Position numbers and translations under genes: made by a program. Shown piece by piece: positions 40,706 to 51,189 of a stretch of 64,000 nucleotides of DNA (position 1 is the stretch's first letter; each line of letters opens with the position of its first letter). The stretch is taken from positions 2,496,001-2,560,000 of the forward strand of contig CBDCJV010000002.1 in the NCBI GenBank assembly GCA_965217895.1, read 5' to 3'. Source of the stretch: Waterburya sp. (lineage in GTDB: Bacteria > Cyanobacteriota > Cyanobacteriia > Cyanobacteriales > Xenococcaceae). The notes beneath the pieces are model-generated. The model had not been told where the DNA came from. It made no database searches and saw nothing but the letters and a program-made list of their open reading frames with translations.

Positions 40706-42292
40706 ATGAATAGCTTAAACTTTGTACGACTATCCGATACTATTGCACCGACCTATACTTCTTTTGCTAATCCTGCAATTAACGCAAAAGGTGATATAGC
40801 TTTTGAAGGTTTTATCAGTCCAGATTTACCTCCAACTGGTATCTTCTATGCTAATAATTTTCAAGACAATTTTGAAAGTAGAACGGTTGTAGACAATAGC
40901 GAAATATTCCTAACTACGGGAGCTTTTCAGCCTGTTTTTGACCCATCAATTAATGACTGGGGGCAAGTTGCTTTTATTGAGAATGAAACCAGTATTTTGA
41001 CTGATGAAAATGGCGCACCGATTTTTGATGAGAGTGGCGCACCAATTATCCAGTTGGATAAAGCTTCGATTAAGGTTGGCAACGGCGAACAAGAACCATC
41101 TACCTTAATTGAAAGTACTGAACCATTTAATTCTTTTGCTGGTGCTAATTTAAACAATCGCGGTACGGTTGTCTACGTTGCAGGAAACCTATTAGATGTA
41201 CCAGTGGATTTTCCAGTCACAAGCACAATCTCTACCATAAGCAATGGACAGACCACAGAAATTGCTTCGACTGACGGTATTTTTAGTAGCTTTGATGTAA
41301 GTTTAGATACGATTGGTGGTGATGGACCGATAACAGCTTTAGACATCTCCCCCTCGATTAATGAAAGCGATCTTGTGGCATTCAACGCGGGTTTAGATGC
41401 AGGAGGACAAGGTATTTTTATCGGTGATGGTGAAACAATTACTGAAGTTGCCAATAGCGATGGAGAATTCGATCTATTTAGTAACCCAGATCTTAACGAC
41501 GAAGGTACAACCGCCTTTTTGGCACAAAAAGACGATGGCAGTCGCGGTATTTATCTCAATGGTTATGGGGAAACTAAACTACTGGCAGACGACAGCGATA
41601 TTTTTAGCTTTTTCAATTCCGAACCAGCCCTCAATAACAATGGAGAAGTGGCATTTTATGCTGAACTAGATGACGGTAGCGCAGGTATTTATGTTGCCTC
41701 GGAGTTGGGAAGCAGTCTTGTTGCTTCTGTAGGAGATGAAATTGCTGGAGTCAAAATCGAAGGATTAGTAATTGTCCAAGATGGACTCAACGATTCAGGT
41801 CAGATTGCTTTTCAAGCCAAACTTGAAGATGGTACTTTCGCTATTTTCCGCGCCGATCCTGTTTCACAACCCAGCCATGATAACGATAGACTCTATGGTG
41901 ATATTGGCAACAACTATATTGATGGTTGTGCAGGAAACGATCTAATTGTAGGCGATCTAGGAAACGACACCCTATTAGGTGGAGAAGGAAATGATATTCT
42001 GCGAGGCGATGAGGGGTATGATATCCTTACAGGCGGAGCAGGTAACGATACCTTAGTAGGTGGAGATAATGCTGATATATTCGAGCTTACGTCGGCTAAT
42101 TGTACGGATCAAATTCTTGACTACACTGATGGAGAAGATAAATTTTCTTTAGATAGTCATTTACAATTCGACCAGTTAGTAGTGTCGCAGCAGGATAGCA
42201 ATACCGAAATTAGTTTGTCTTCTACAGGAGAAGTGCTGGCTTCTTTATACGAAGTAAATGCCCAGGCGATCGACATATTAGATTTTGTCTAG
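40706..42292 (+). CDS. Secreted protein with NxxGxxAF tandem repeats and C-terminal RTX Ca-binding repeats
   Basis: Repeats INAKGDIAF, INDWGQVAF, LNNNGEVAF, LNDSGQIAF; GGxGxD nonapeptides. Confidence 0.82.
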   Translation: MNSLNFVRLSDTIAPTYTSFANPAINAKGDIAFEGFISPDLPPTGIFYANNFQDNFESRTVVDNSEIFLTTGAFQPVFDPSINDWGQVAFIENETSILTDENGAPIFDESGAPIIQLDKASIKVGNGEQEPSTLIESTEPFNSFAGANLNNRGTVVYVAGNLLDVPVDFPVTSTISTISNGQTTEIASTDGIFSSFDVSLDTIGGDGPITALDISPSINESDLVAFNAGLDAGGQGIFIGDGETITEVANSDGEFDLFSNPDLNDEGTTAFLAQKDDGSRGIYLNGYGETKLLADDSDIFSFFNSEPALNNNGEVAFYAELDDGSAGIYVASELGSSLVASVGDEIAGVKIEGLVIVQDGLNDSGQIAFQAKLEDGTFAIFRADPVSQPSHDNDRLYGDIGNNYIDGCAGNDLIVGDLGNDTLLGGEGNDILRGDEGYDILTGGAGNDTLVGGDNADIFELTSANCTDQILDYTDGEDKFSLDSHLQFDQLVVSQQDSNTEISLSSTGEVLASLYEVNAQAIDILDFV

Positions 42293-42300
42293 TTTTATTG

Positions 42301-42631
42301 TTGACAAACTGCTTGGCGTTGCCGCCTTTCTAGTTGCAAAGACCGCTTCTTGATGCAGTCGCTCTAACAGAGGCTTTAGCCGTATGTAGGACTTTCACCG
42401 CGAAAGTGATTCGGGCGTAATTCTGAGGGCGAGATTCGGCAATGCGGGCGGTCAACAATGTGAGGTTTCCTCACATTTACGCCCTTAGAATTTAGTTCGC
42501 CTTGAATAATCTCCCTCACGGGATTTCCCCAGAATATACGCCGTAAAACGACGCATTTCCTTGCAGCAAAGACCGCGTTGACCATACCGACTAAAGCCTT
42601 TGGAACTTTTGACTTGTGAACGCTTGACAAA
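42301..42631. repeat. GC-rich, nested-hairpin intergenic element flanked by TTGACAAA direct repeats
   Basis: TTGACAAA at 42301-42308 and 42624-42631; several internal inverted repeats; ends in CTTGTGAA like the 7167-7468 family. Confidence 0.6.
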
Positions 42632-42667
42632 GTAGTCTATGGTTATTTGTGCAAGAATAATCTATAA

Positions 42668-44158
42668 CTATGCTGCTACCTTTTCGTGCTTAAGCTCTTT
42701 AAATTTACCCAAAAGACGATCTGCCCAATATTTTACGTCGTAGGTGGTTACGGTTTCGTACATCTTAGTCATTTGCTTTTTCTGTTCTTCTGGTGTCATA
42801 CTTAAAGCCTTTTCGATCGCTCGATCCATGCCGTCGAGTGAATAAGGATTAGTTAAAATGGCTTCAGGCAATTCTACTGCTGCACCGACAAATTCAGAGA
42901 GAACTAAAACACCATCTTCGCCACCATGAGCGACAATATATTCTTTAGCCACTAAATTCAGACCATCTCGCAAAGGAGTTGTCCAACAAATATCGGCAGC
43001 CTTATAGTAGGCAATCAAATGAGGTATGGGTATAGGCTGAGTAAACAAGCGAATCGGCATCCAGTCGAGTGTACCGTAGCGACCGTTAATTTGACCTGCT
43101 AGCTGCTCAATTGTGCTTTGAGCCGTTTTATAAACGCGCATTCCTGGGGCAGATTCAACACAGGTCATCACGAAGCTTATTTGTTTGTGTAAATCGGGAC
43201 GACGCTCTAATAAACGACCATACGCTGCTAATTTTTCTTCATTTCCTTTGACATAATCAACCCGCCCAGCAGCAATAATTAGTTTCTTACCTCCTAGTTC
43301 TTCTTTAATTTGGTAGAGTCTATTTTTGGTTTCTGTCTTCTCTAAAACTGTTTGAATATGTTTAGGATCTGTCCCCACAGGGAAAGCATCAATATTAACG
43401 ATTTGTCCTTTGTAGCTCAATTGCGTAGTCATTTCAGGTTCAGCCAAAGCCACACCTACAGGAGTCATATGCCCACTTACGGCTTCTTGTTTGAGGATCT
43501 TAACAGGCTTAAGACTACGAACTACGTTGACAAAGTTTTCAGAATAACGAGGAACATGAAAACCAACAATATCACAGCAAAGTAGACTTTCGGCGATCGC
43601 ATCACGCCACGGTAAAATATTAAAGACATCTACTGAAGGGAAAGGGGTATGGTGGAAAAAAGCAATCCGAGCATCAGGCTTTAATTCGCGAATATATTGC
43701 GGTACCATCCAGAGATTGTAGTCATGAATCCAGATCAAGGCATCGTCGGTAGCTTCTTCGCAAGCAGCTTCAGCAAAAAGGCGATTAATATGTTTGAAGT
43801 TTTCCCACTCGGCTGTTTCAGAAGTGAAATGATAGGGAAAAGAATGCAGAATAGGCCAAAAAGCCTCTTTAGAGGTGATGTGATAAAACTGTTTAACCTG
43901 CTCTTCGTCTAAAGGGATGCGTCGCACATTATAATTAGCTTCTCCTTCAATATTGACTCGCTCTTCAAAGCTATCTTTTTGCTCTTCGTTTATTTCTTTC
44001 CAAGCAATCCATGTTCCTTGGTTGACATCAGCAAAGAAACTTTTGAGGGTGGGAACAATGCCGTTGGGGCTTTTCTTGGGGACATAATGAATTTTGCCAT
44101 CTTCTATTACTTCGTCATGAGGTTCGCGATGATAGAGAATAACTAAAGATGATTTCAT
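42668..44158 (-). CDS. ggpS: Glucosylglycerol-phosphate synthase (GT20)
   Basis: MKSSLVILYHREP, KSPNGIVPTLKSFF, WIHDYNL, FFHHTPFP, PLRDGLNLVAKEY. Confidence 0.93.
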   Translation of the reverse strand: MKSSLVILYHREPHDEVIEDGKIHYVPKKSPNGIVPTLKSFFADVNQGTWIAWKEINEEQKDSFEERVNIEGEANYNVRRIPLDEEQVKQFYHITSKEAFWPILHSFPYHFTSETAEWENFKHINRLFAEAACEEATDDALIWIHDYNLWMVPQYIRELKPDARIAFFHHTPFPSVDVFNILPWRDAIAESLLCCDIVGFHVPRYSENFVNVVRSLKPVKILKQEAVSGHMTPVGVALAEPEMTTQLSYKGQIVNIDAFPVGTDPKHIQTVLEKTETKNRLYQIKEELGGKKLIIAAGRVDYVKGNEEKLAAYGRLLERRPDLHKQISFVMTCVESAPGMRVYKTAQSTIEQLAGQINGRYGTLDWMPIRLFTQPIPIPHLIAYYKAADICWTTPLRDGLNLVAKEYIVAHGGEDGVLVLSEFVGAAVELPEAILTNPYSLDGMDRAIEKALSMTPEEQKKQMTKMYETVTTYDVKYWADRLLGKFKELKHEKVAA

Positions 44159-44548
44159 AATTTTGGTGGTTAATTTACGGTGTAAAAGGACAATGACTTA
44201 AGAAGATAAAATGAAAGCCAAATTATCTATGCTATTTGATTTTCAACTCCTGACAACTTTTCTATTTGAAATAGTTTTTAGATTTAATACCTAAAAAATA
44301 GCTGTTTTTTCTTTAGCCAGTTAAATCTTGTGGTCGTTCTATTTACCCGATAAATCAAGTTTCTCCTAACTAATAAAAATGAGACTTATACAATTAAATC
44401 CTACACTAATTTCTGTCTTCAGCTCAAATCTAATAATATACAGCAAATTTTAATAAATAATTACTCACTGAAAATAATATTTAGAGACGCGATCGCCTGG
44501 CTTATCCAGATTTATTTGACATTCAAGGCGATCGCTACTTTACTAGAG

Positions 44549-46276
44549 TTAGACCTCGCGATCAAAGCCAAACTTATCGCGAATTTGAGAATTAAAGTAT
44601 TGACCGACAGAGCTAGTTTCTTTTAGTTCTTTATAAATTGACTCAGGAACATCAGAATACTTATAAACGCTTCCGTTACCAAAGCTAATGCGGAGAGTTT
44701 GCTTATCAGTATCATAATCAAAGTCTTTAACCGCCGTACTTTGATTTTTCAGCAGCGGAAAGGCAATCACGTCGCGGATGCTGGGAGAGTCGGTAAGCAG
44801 CATTACTAAGCGATCTATACCAATGCCTAAACCAGCAGTAGGAGGCATTCCATATTCTAATGCCGCTAAAAAGTCCTCATCAATATCATTTGCTTCCAAA
44901 TCCCCTGCTGCTTTCTTGGCTGCTTGAGCTTCTAGCCTCGCTCTTTGATCCAAAGGATCGGTTAACTCCGAAAAGCTATTAGCGGTTTCTCTGCCCACCA
45001 TAAATAGCTCAAACCTTTCTACCAGCCCAGGCTTATCGCGGTGAGGTTTGGCTAGAGGAGATATTTCCAGAGGATAATCGATGACAAAAGTAGGCTGAAT
45101 TAAAGTGGTTTCTACTCTTTGTTCAAAGGCTTCGTTGAGCAACTTGCCGATAGTTTGACAGTCTGCGGGTACTTCAATTCCTGCATCTTTGGCTGCGGTT
45201 TTAGCTGAGTCAAAGTCTTTAAACTGAGCAAAATCTACTCCAGTAGCATCTTGTACAATCTCGTGCATAGTTACTCTACGCCAAGGAGGAGTTAAGTCTA
45301 TATCTTGACCTTGATAGGTAACTTTAGTTGTGCCGAGAACTTCTTGCGCTACATCACTAATCATGCTTTCGGTCAACGCCATCATGTCATAATAGTCAGC
45401 GTAGGCCTGATAGACTTCAATAGAAGTAAATTCAGGATTATGACGGGTAGACACACCCTCATTACGGAAGATTCTGCCCATTTCAAACACGCGCTCAAAT
45501 CCACCTACAATTAGCCTTTTGAGGTGCAATTCTGTAGCGATGCGGAGATATAAGTCCATCTCCAAAGTATTGTGATAGGTGATAAAAGGACGCGCTTCTG
45601 CACCACCTGCTTCGCTTTGTAAAACTGGGGTTTCAATTTCTAAAAAGTCTTTAGTTTCTAGGTAACGACGAATTGCAGCCGTGATTTTTGCCCGAATGCG
45701 GAAAGTTTGTCTTACCTGGGGGTTAACAATCAGATCTACATAACGCTGACGATAACGCTTCTCTGTATCCGTTAAGCCATGCCATTTATCGGGAAGGGGT
45801 AACAAAGATTTAGTCAGAATTTGAAACTCGCTGACATATACAGAAAGTTCGCCTTTTTCTGTTCTTTTGATAGTGCCTTTTACCCCTAAAATATCCCCCG
45901 TATCAGACAGTTTTTTTAGATGATTAAATGCCCCTACCAAGTCTTCTGACATGGTGCTGTTGATTCTTTTCTTGTCAAGATAAAGCTGAATTTTGCCTGT
46001 TTCGTCTTGCAGTTCAAAAAATGCTAGCTTACCAAAGACACGACGAGCCATAATTCTACCAGCGATCGCAACTCGATCTTCTACTTCTTCTCCACTGGCA
46101 AGATCCACGTACTTTGACTGTAACTGGGCAGCATGATGAGTTGATTCCCATTTATAAGCATAGGGATTTAGTCCTAACTCCTTGATCTGCTCTACCTTCT
46201 CAATTCTGGTAGCACGAATTTCTTCTAAGTTAGAGGCACTTTGAGGCTTATTGCGGGAATTGTCTTCACTATTCAT
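44549..46276 (-). CDS. lysS: Lysine--tRNA ligase (class II) with C-terminal KTSC domain
   Basis: [43 protein letters not shown]; tail [24 protein letters not shown]...[11 protein letters not shown] is KTSC-like. Confidence 0.97.
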   Translation of the reverse strand: MNSEDNSRNKPQSASNLEEIRATRIEKVEQIKELGLNPYAYKWESTHHAAQLQSKYVDLASGEEVEDRVAIAGRIMARRVFGKLAFFELQDETGKIQLYLDKKRINSTMSEDLVGAFNHLKKLSDTGDILGVKGTIKRTEKGELSVYVSEFQILTKSLLPLPDKWHGLTDTEKRYRQRYVDLIVNPQVRQTFRIRAKITAAIRRYLETKDFLEIETPVLQSEAGGAEARPFITYHNTLEMDLYLRIATELHLKRLIVGGFERVFEMGRIFRNEGVSTRHNPEFTSIEVYQAYADYYDMMALTESMISDVAQEVLGTTKVTYQGQDIDLTPPWRRVTMHEIVQDATGVDFAQFKDFDSAKTAAKDAGIEVPADCQTIGKLLNEAFEQRVETTLIQPTFVIDYPLEISPLAKPHRDKPGLVERFELFMVGRETANSFSELTDPLDQRARLEAQAAKKAAGDLEANDIDEDFLAALEYGMPPTAGLGIGIDRLVMLLTDSPSIRDVIAFPLLKNQSTAVKDFDYDTDKQTLRISFGNGSVYKYSDVPESIYKELKETSSVGQYFNSQIRDKFGFDREV

Positions 46277-46382
46277 CTTTTAACACACTGCTTTTTTGAT
46301 AATCGGTATAGCTATCTAGCTGTATACCCTGTTGTCTTGCCAATAATTAACTTACCAAACTTTCGCTTTACCTGATGCTTAT

Positions 46383-46722
46383 TAAGTGACGTTACGCATT
46401 TAATCTGACTGCTGTGACGGGGTGACGGGGAGCGTATTCACAAGTAGCAAGTAACAGATGCGTTTCGCCTCTCGACTTTCCTTCGCAAAGGCGGCGAACG
46501 ACCGTTCGCGCAAGTAACAAGTAAAGATATGCAGCTAGTTAAACTGTCTGAATAGCTAGTTAATTTTGCCTCTACTTCCGAAAACTTTTTACTGTCTTGG
46601 TGCGCGTTCCCTTGCGCCTGACGGCGACGAGGGGTCGCACCGCTTTTTACTTTTTACTTGTTACTTCTCCAAGTCCCCAAGTCCCCAAGTCTTACAGATC
46701 GATGAGTGCGCAACATCAGTTA
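46383..46722. mobile_element. Second MITE copy (family of 9385-9538) carrying nested small repeats
   Basis: Termini TAAGTGACGTTACGCA and TGCGCAACATCAGTTA; contains TTCACAAGTAGC at 46437 and the 46584-46664 repeat. Confidence 0.72.
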
Positions 46723-46747
46723 TTGAGTGAGCCGACACTAACATTAT

Positions 46748-48673
46748 TTATACTGCTCTTTCGGCTAATTCCAGCCAACGTTCAGTATTAGTATCAATCT
46801 CTTTGTTTAAGGTTGCCAATTTTTCTGATAGTTCTTGCACCAAATTAAAGTCACTACAGTTAAGAGCTAGATCTTTTTCTAGTTTTTCCTTGTCTGTCTC
46901 CATCTGAGCAATTGTAGCCTCTAATTTCTCATATTCTCGTCTTTCATAATTAGACAGAGATTTAGTTTTTTTATCGCTGGATGTCTTGCTGCTGGTATTT
47001 TGTGTTTTATTTACCTGGGGTTTTTCCTGATTTTTTGCCTGTTTAGCTTGTTTTTCTGCTTTCTTTTTATGCTCTAAATAGACAGAATAATTACCAGGAT
47101 AGTTACGTACTTCTCCCCCAGCCTCGATCGCAAATATAAATTCGACGGTGCGATCTAAAAAGTAGCGATCGTGAGAAACTATAATTACACAGCCATTGAA
47201 GTTTTCTAAATAGTCTTCTAAGATAGCTAAAGTCTGCACGTCTAGGTCGTTAGTTGGTTCATCCAGAATCAAGACGTTGGGAGCTTCCATTAATACCTGT
47301 AGCAAAAACAGACGACGCTTTTCGCCTCCAGAAAGTTTGTGTATGGGCGCATACTGTTGGTCAGGAGGAAAGAGAAACTTCTCTAGCATCATCGACGCAC
47401 TGATTTGATCGCCGTTAGCGGTAGTAACAATTTCAGCTACATCTTTAATATATTCAATTACTCTTTGTTCTTGGTTAAGGGCATCTAAGATATTGTCTGA
47501 ATGCTGATCGAAATAGCCGATGTGAATCGTTTTACCAATCTCTACTTTTCCCCGATCTGGCTCAATACGTCCTGTAATAATGTTTACTAGGGTTGTTTTC
47601 CCTGTACCATTCCCGCCAATAATGCCAATGCGATCGCGCGGGGTAAATTCGTAGCTAAAATCTTTAATCAGGGTGCGCCCATCGTAACCTTTGCTAATAT
47701 TTTCTAGCTCAATTACCTTCTTACCAATACGCCTACCTGGAGTATCGATATCTACTTTACCTTGAGCTTGTTTAAACTCCTTATCCTGCATATCGCCAAT
47801 GCGATCGATGCGAGCTTTTTGCTTAGTGCTGCGAGCTTTAGGGCCTTTTTTTAGCCATTCCAATTCCCGCCTTAATACCCCTTGATGTTTGCGCTCGCTG
47901 CTGGCAGCAGAATCTTCCTGTAAAGCTTTCTTTTCTAGGTAATAAGAATAATTCCCTGCGTAGGTAAACAAATCAGCACGGTCGATTTCTATGATACGAG
48001 TAGTAACATTATCCAAGAAATAGCGATCGTGAGTAATCAATAGAATAGCGCCACCAAAACGACTCAAATATTCTTGCAACCACTCTACCGACTCTGCATC
48101 AAGATGGTTTGTCGGCTCATCCATCATCAGTAGATCTGGTTCATTGAGTAAAGCTGTAGCTAAGGCAATGCGCTTACGATATCCTCCAGAAAGATCTCCT
48201 ACCCTGGCATCAAAATCTTCGATGCCTAATTTGCTGAGAATAATTTTGGCTTTGGTTTCTAGCTCCCAAGCTCCAAGAGACTCCATTTTCTCGTTGACCG
48301 TAGCCAAACGAGCCATCAACGCATCTAAGTCATTTCCCTTTGCATGAGCTATTTTATGGGACAAATCTTCGTACTCTCGTACCAAACTCATTTGCTCGTT
48401 ACTATCAGCAAAGATTTGATCGATCACGCTCAGGTTTTCGTTTACTTCTGGCTGTTGGGGTAAGTAAATAATTCTGACACCACTTTTTACCAAACGTTGA
48501 CCACCATCAGTTGGCTCAAGTCCTGCAATCATTTTTAGTAGAGTAGACTTACCAGAGCCATTGACCCCAATTAACCCTACTTTGTCATTTGGTTCAATGC
48601 TAAAGCTAGCATCCCGCAGTATTTCTTTAATACCAAAATCTTTTTTGATGTTCTGTAGAGTTAAAATGCTCAT
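46748..48673 (-). CDS. ABC-F family ATPase (Uup-like)
   Basis: Two ABC domains (GVNGSGKST, LSGG, DEPTN; GGNGTGKTT, LSGGEKRR, DEPTND), no TM segments, C-terminal coiled coil. Confidence 0.94.
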   Translation of the reverse strand: MSILTLQNIKKDFGIKEILRDASFSIEPNDKVGLIGVNGSGKSTLLKMIAGLEPTDGGQRLVKSGVRIIYLPQQPEVNENLSVIDQIFADSNEQMSLVREYEDLSHKIAHAKGNDLDALMARLATVNEKMESLGAWELETKAKIILSKLGIEDFDARVGDLSGGYRKRIALATALLNEPDLLMMDEPTNHLDAESVEWLQEYLSRFGGAILLITHDRYFLDNVTTRIIEIDRADLFTYAGNYSYYLEKKALQEDSAASSERKHQGVLRRELEWLKKGPKARSTKQKARIDRIGDMQDKEFKQAQGKVDIDTPGRRIGKKVIELENISKGYDGRTLIKDFSYEFTPRDRIGIIGGNGTGKTTLVNIITGRIEPDRGKVEIGKTIHIGYFDQHSDNILDALNQEQRVIEYIKDVAEIVTTANGDQISASMMLEKFLFPPDQQYAPIHKLSGGEKRRLFLLQVLMEAPNVLILDEPTNDLDVQTLAILEDYLENFNGCVIIVSHDRYFLDRTVEFIFAIEAGGEVRNYPGNYSVYLEHKKKAEKQAKQAKNQEKPQVNKTQNTSSKTSSDKKTKSLSNYERREYEKLEATIAQMETDKEKLEKDLALNCSDFNLVQELSEKLATLNKEIDTNTERWLELAERAV

Positions 48674-48861
48674 TTATGATGTTTTTTATGAATTAGCGAC
48701 TTTCAAATTTACTGATTTTTAGCTTTTAGCTTCACGATGCGAAGCATCGAAGCCCTAAGAGTGCGGACTGCGCGAACGCGCTGAGCTTTTAGCTTTAGGT
48801 TAGACATCGTGTAGCTAATTTTTGAAGTAGATGCTAATTGTTAATTATCTATTATTTATGA

Positions 48862-49542
48862 TTGATTATGTTGTGTATTGGACACCGAGGAGCAATGGGA
48901 CATGAGCCAGAAAATACTTTACTCTCGATTAAAAAGGCATTGGCATTAAAAGTTGATGCTGTAGAAATTGATGTTTATAATGTCGAGGATAATTTAATTG
49001 TAATTCACGATCGCACTTTATCACGAACAACCAACGGCACTGGTTACATAGAAGAATATAGTTTTGAACAATTGCGATCGCTCGATGCTGGCAAAAGGGA
49101 AAAAATTCCTACCCTACAAGAAGTTTTTGACACCGTAGATCGACAAGCTATTATTAATATTGAATTAAAAGGAAGTAATACCGCCAGGCTGGTTAGCAAC
49201 TTAATTAGAAAATACATTAACCAGGGATGGACTGAAGCAGATTTTGTAGTTTCCTCTTTTGATCATTATGAATTAATGAGAGCAAAAACGCTTTATCCTG
49301 CCCTGAAAATTGGGATGTTAATTTATGGTTTGCCTTGGGAATATCTAAAAATTGCTCAAAAGCTACAGGCTGATATAGTTATTGCTGGTTTAGATTTTGT
49401 GACCCCAGACCTAATAAACTCTATACATCAGCAAAACTTGTTGGCTTGGGTTTACACCGTTAATGAGCCTGCTGATATTAGTCGTATGCAGGAATTAAAA
49501 GTAGATGGCATATTTACCAATTATCCTGAACGAGTTGTTTAA
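48862..49542 (+). CDS. Glycerophosphodiester phosphodiesterase
   Basis: IGHRGA, PENT, EIDV, VIHD, NIELK, YTVN, DGIFTNYP. Confidence 0.93.
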   Translation: MIMLCIGHRGAMGHEPENTLLSIKKALALKVDAVEIDVYNVEDNLIVIHDRTLSRTTNGTGYIEEYSFEQLRSLDAGKREKIPTLQEVFDTVDRQAIINIELKGSNTARLVSNLIRKYINQGWTEADFVVSSFDHYELMRAKTLYPALKIGMLIYGLPWEYLKIAQKLQADIVIAGLDFVTPDLINSIHQQNLLAWVYTVNEPADISRMQELKVDGIFTNYPERVV

Positions 49543-49567
49543 AAGTTTCTAGTTAAATACTCTTGGT

Positions 49568-50233
49568 TTGCTAACTATTACCACTAATTATATGCCGACT
49601 ATGAAAGCAAAACGATTGAGATTTGGCAGCGTGGTAGCATTATGGGCATATTTAGCTCTAACAATAGGTTTAATTGGGTGCAATCATAAGGCGACTAGCG
49701 ATCGAGGAATTGCCATCTCCACACATACAGTAAGTCAAGCACCACAAGCAAAAAATCCTCCTTCTCAAGAGCAACAGATAGCACAAAACAATCAGCAACC
49801 ATATCTCGACGATCGCAGTACTCCAATACAGGTTCTTAAGTCTTATTACAACGCGATTAACCGCCAAGAATACGTGCGTGCTTATTCTTATTGGGGACAG
49901 AAAGGTACTGGTGCTAAATCCCAACCGCCTGCATATCCACAGTTTGCAGCAGGCTATAGTAATACGGCTAAAGTAAAGCTGACCACAGGCAAAGCCAGAG
50001 GCGAAGGTGCAGCAGGTTCGGTGTATACGACTGTACCAGTTACGCTGGCGGTAACCAACACCAACGGTTCAAAAAATACTTTTGTTGGCTGTTATACTCT
50101 TCGACAAGTGAACCCTAAAATGTTCGCAGAGCCACCCTTTACTCCTATACATATCGAGTCAGCAAAAATCCAAAAAGTAGCCGAGAATGAAAATGCAGCT
50201 TTATTGATGGAGCAAAGCTGTACGTCAAAATAG
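49568..50233 (+). CDS. Hypothetical lipoprotein (start probably ATG near 49591-49600)
   Basis: Lipobox LIGC; SYYNAINRQEYVRAYSYW. Confidence 0.7.
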   Translation: MLTITTNYMPTMKAKRLRFGSVVALWAYLALTIGLIGCNHKATSDRGIAISTHTVSQAPQAKNPPSQEQQIAQNNQQPYLDDRSTPIQVLKSYYNAINRQEYVRAYSYWGQKGTGAKSQPPAYPQFAAGYSNTAKVKLTTGKARGEGAAGSVYTTVPVTLAVTNTNGSKNTFVGCYTLRQVNPKMFAEPPFTPIHIESAKIQKVAENENAALLMEQSCTSK

Positions 50234-50239
50234 GGTTAC

Positions 50240-50356
50240 CATCGCTCTGGGTTTAAAGCCTTGCCCTTTTAGGGCGACTTGCTAGTAGTATTTAATATTT
50301 AGTCTGTGCTATTAATAACCAGAATCCTTGTTCGTGATAGACGAGGAGGATGTCAA
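50240..50356 (+). mobile_element. 117-bp IS200/IS605-derived miniature element (ends only)
   Basis: Preceded by TTAC (50236-50239), left hairpin GCCCTTTTAGGGC, right end AGAATCC...GGATGTCAA ending in TCAA. Confidence 0.65.
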
Positions 50357-50813
50357 TTTGAGCGAGCCTTCGCTGAATAATTTAAAAAGGTGGAAAGCTT
50401 ATTCATTGTTGCTCGACCAATATTAAGTCCAAATTGCGATTGCCTTAAATTATACTTAAAAGAAGCATTAGAACTAAAGCTAGTACCTATAAAAACACCA
50501 AACGAAAGTTGCCGCTACAGCAATAATAGTTAGCAACTAGGAATAATTAATTTGATAATTGACAAAATTCTGGCATTTATAATCTATAGGACTTACGCAC
50601 TCGCCCCCTAAATCCCCCAAGGCGAGCGACCCCCGCGCATGGTTCAACAGTTTGACGGGCGGTATAAACGTCGCAGCAAAGCTACGACGACACGCCCTTC
50701 TCAACGGGTAGGGCTGTTTCATTCTCTAAAAAAGAAATGCGATCGCGGTTGCGGAGCAAGTCCGAAGGACTCAGCTAGCCGAAGGCATCACCAGCGAGAA
50801 AAAATTATTGCTT

Positions 50814-50915
50814 ATGAAACCAGTGACTTTAAAAAGTAGACAGAACAAACCCAAAGTCAAACCTGCAAAAGCAAAAGCTTCAAATTGGGATAAATTTGTG
50901 AACCATAATCATTAA
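50814..50915 (+). pseudogene. Possible C-terminal scrap of a Tn7-like TnsB/TnsAB transposase
   Basis: MKPVTLKSRQNKPKVKPAKAKASNWDKFVNHNH-stop: Lys/Pro-rich tail with terminal WxxF, 10 nt before a tnsC-like start. Confidence 0.4.
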
Positions 50916-50925
50916 GTAGATAAAA

Positions 50926-51144
50926 ATGGCTAAATCAACTCAACAATCAATTGAAACACAACCGCTTGTAAAAAATAAGGACGAAGTAATTCAAGAAGAG
51001 ATAAATAGTATCTTAAGAAAAAATCCTTATCTAAAAACCGATCAAGATGAAGATCTTCATGGATGGCTTGATAAGCAGAGAAAACTAAAGCTATGTGGTT
51101 TAGTAGTGGAAGATAAGGGGTCTAACTTATTGCGATCTCATTGA
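50926..51144 (+). pseudogene. N-terminal fragment of a TnsC/TniB-like AAA+ ATPase
   Basis: YLKTDQDEDLHGWLDKQRKLKLCGLVV resembles the segment before Walker A in cyanobacterial Tn7-like TnsC proteins; truncated there. Confidence 0.55.
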
Positions 51145-51189
51145 CTCCCTGTGTGAATTGTTGCTACAGGCTAAAGGTAATTCTTATAT

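Noticed and set aside
42376..42630. 84-aa ORF in the hairpin element; HEARO/omega RNA call
   Set aside because: The ORF is an incidental reading of repeat DNA; no IscB/TnpB gene nearby and too little motif match to call an omega RNA
50537..50839. Short ORFs over GC-rich repeats; possible group II intron fragment
   Set aside because: Mosaic of small dispersed repeats; no domain V consensus found
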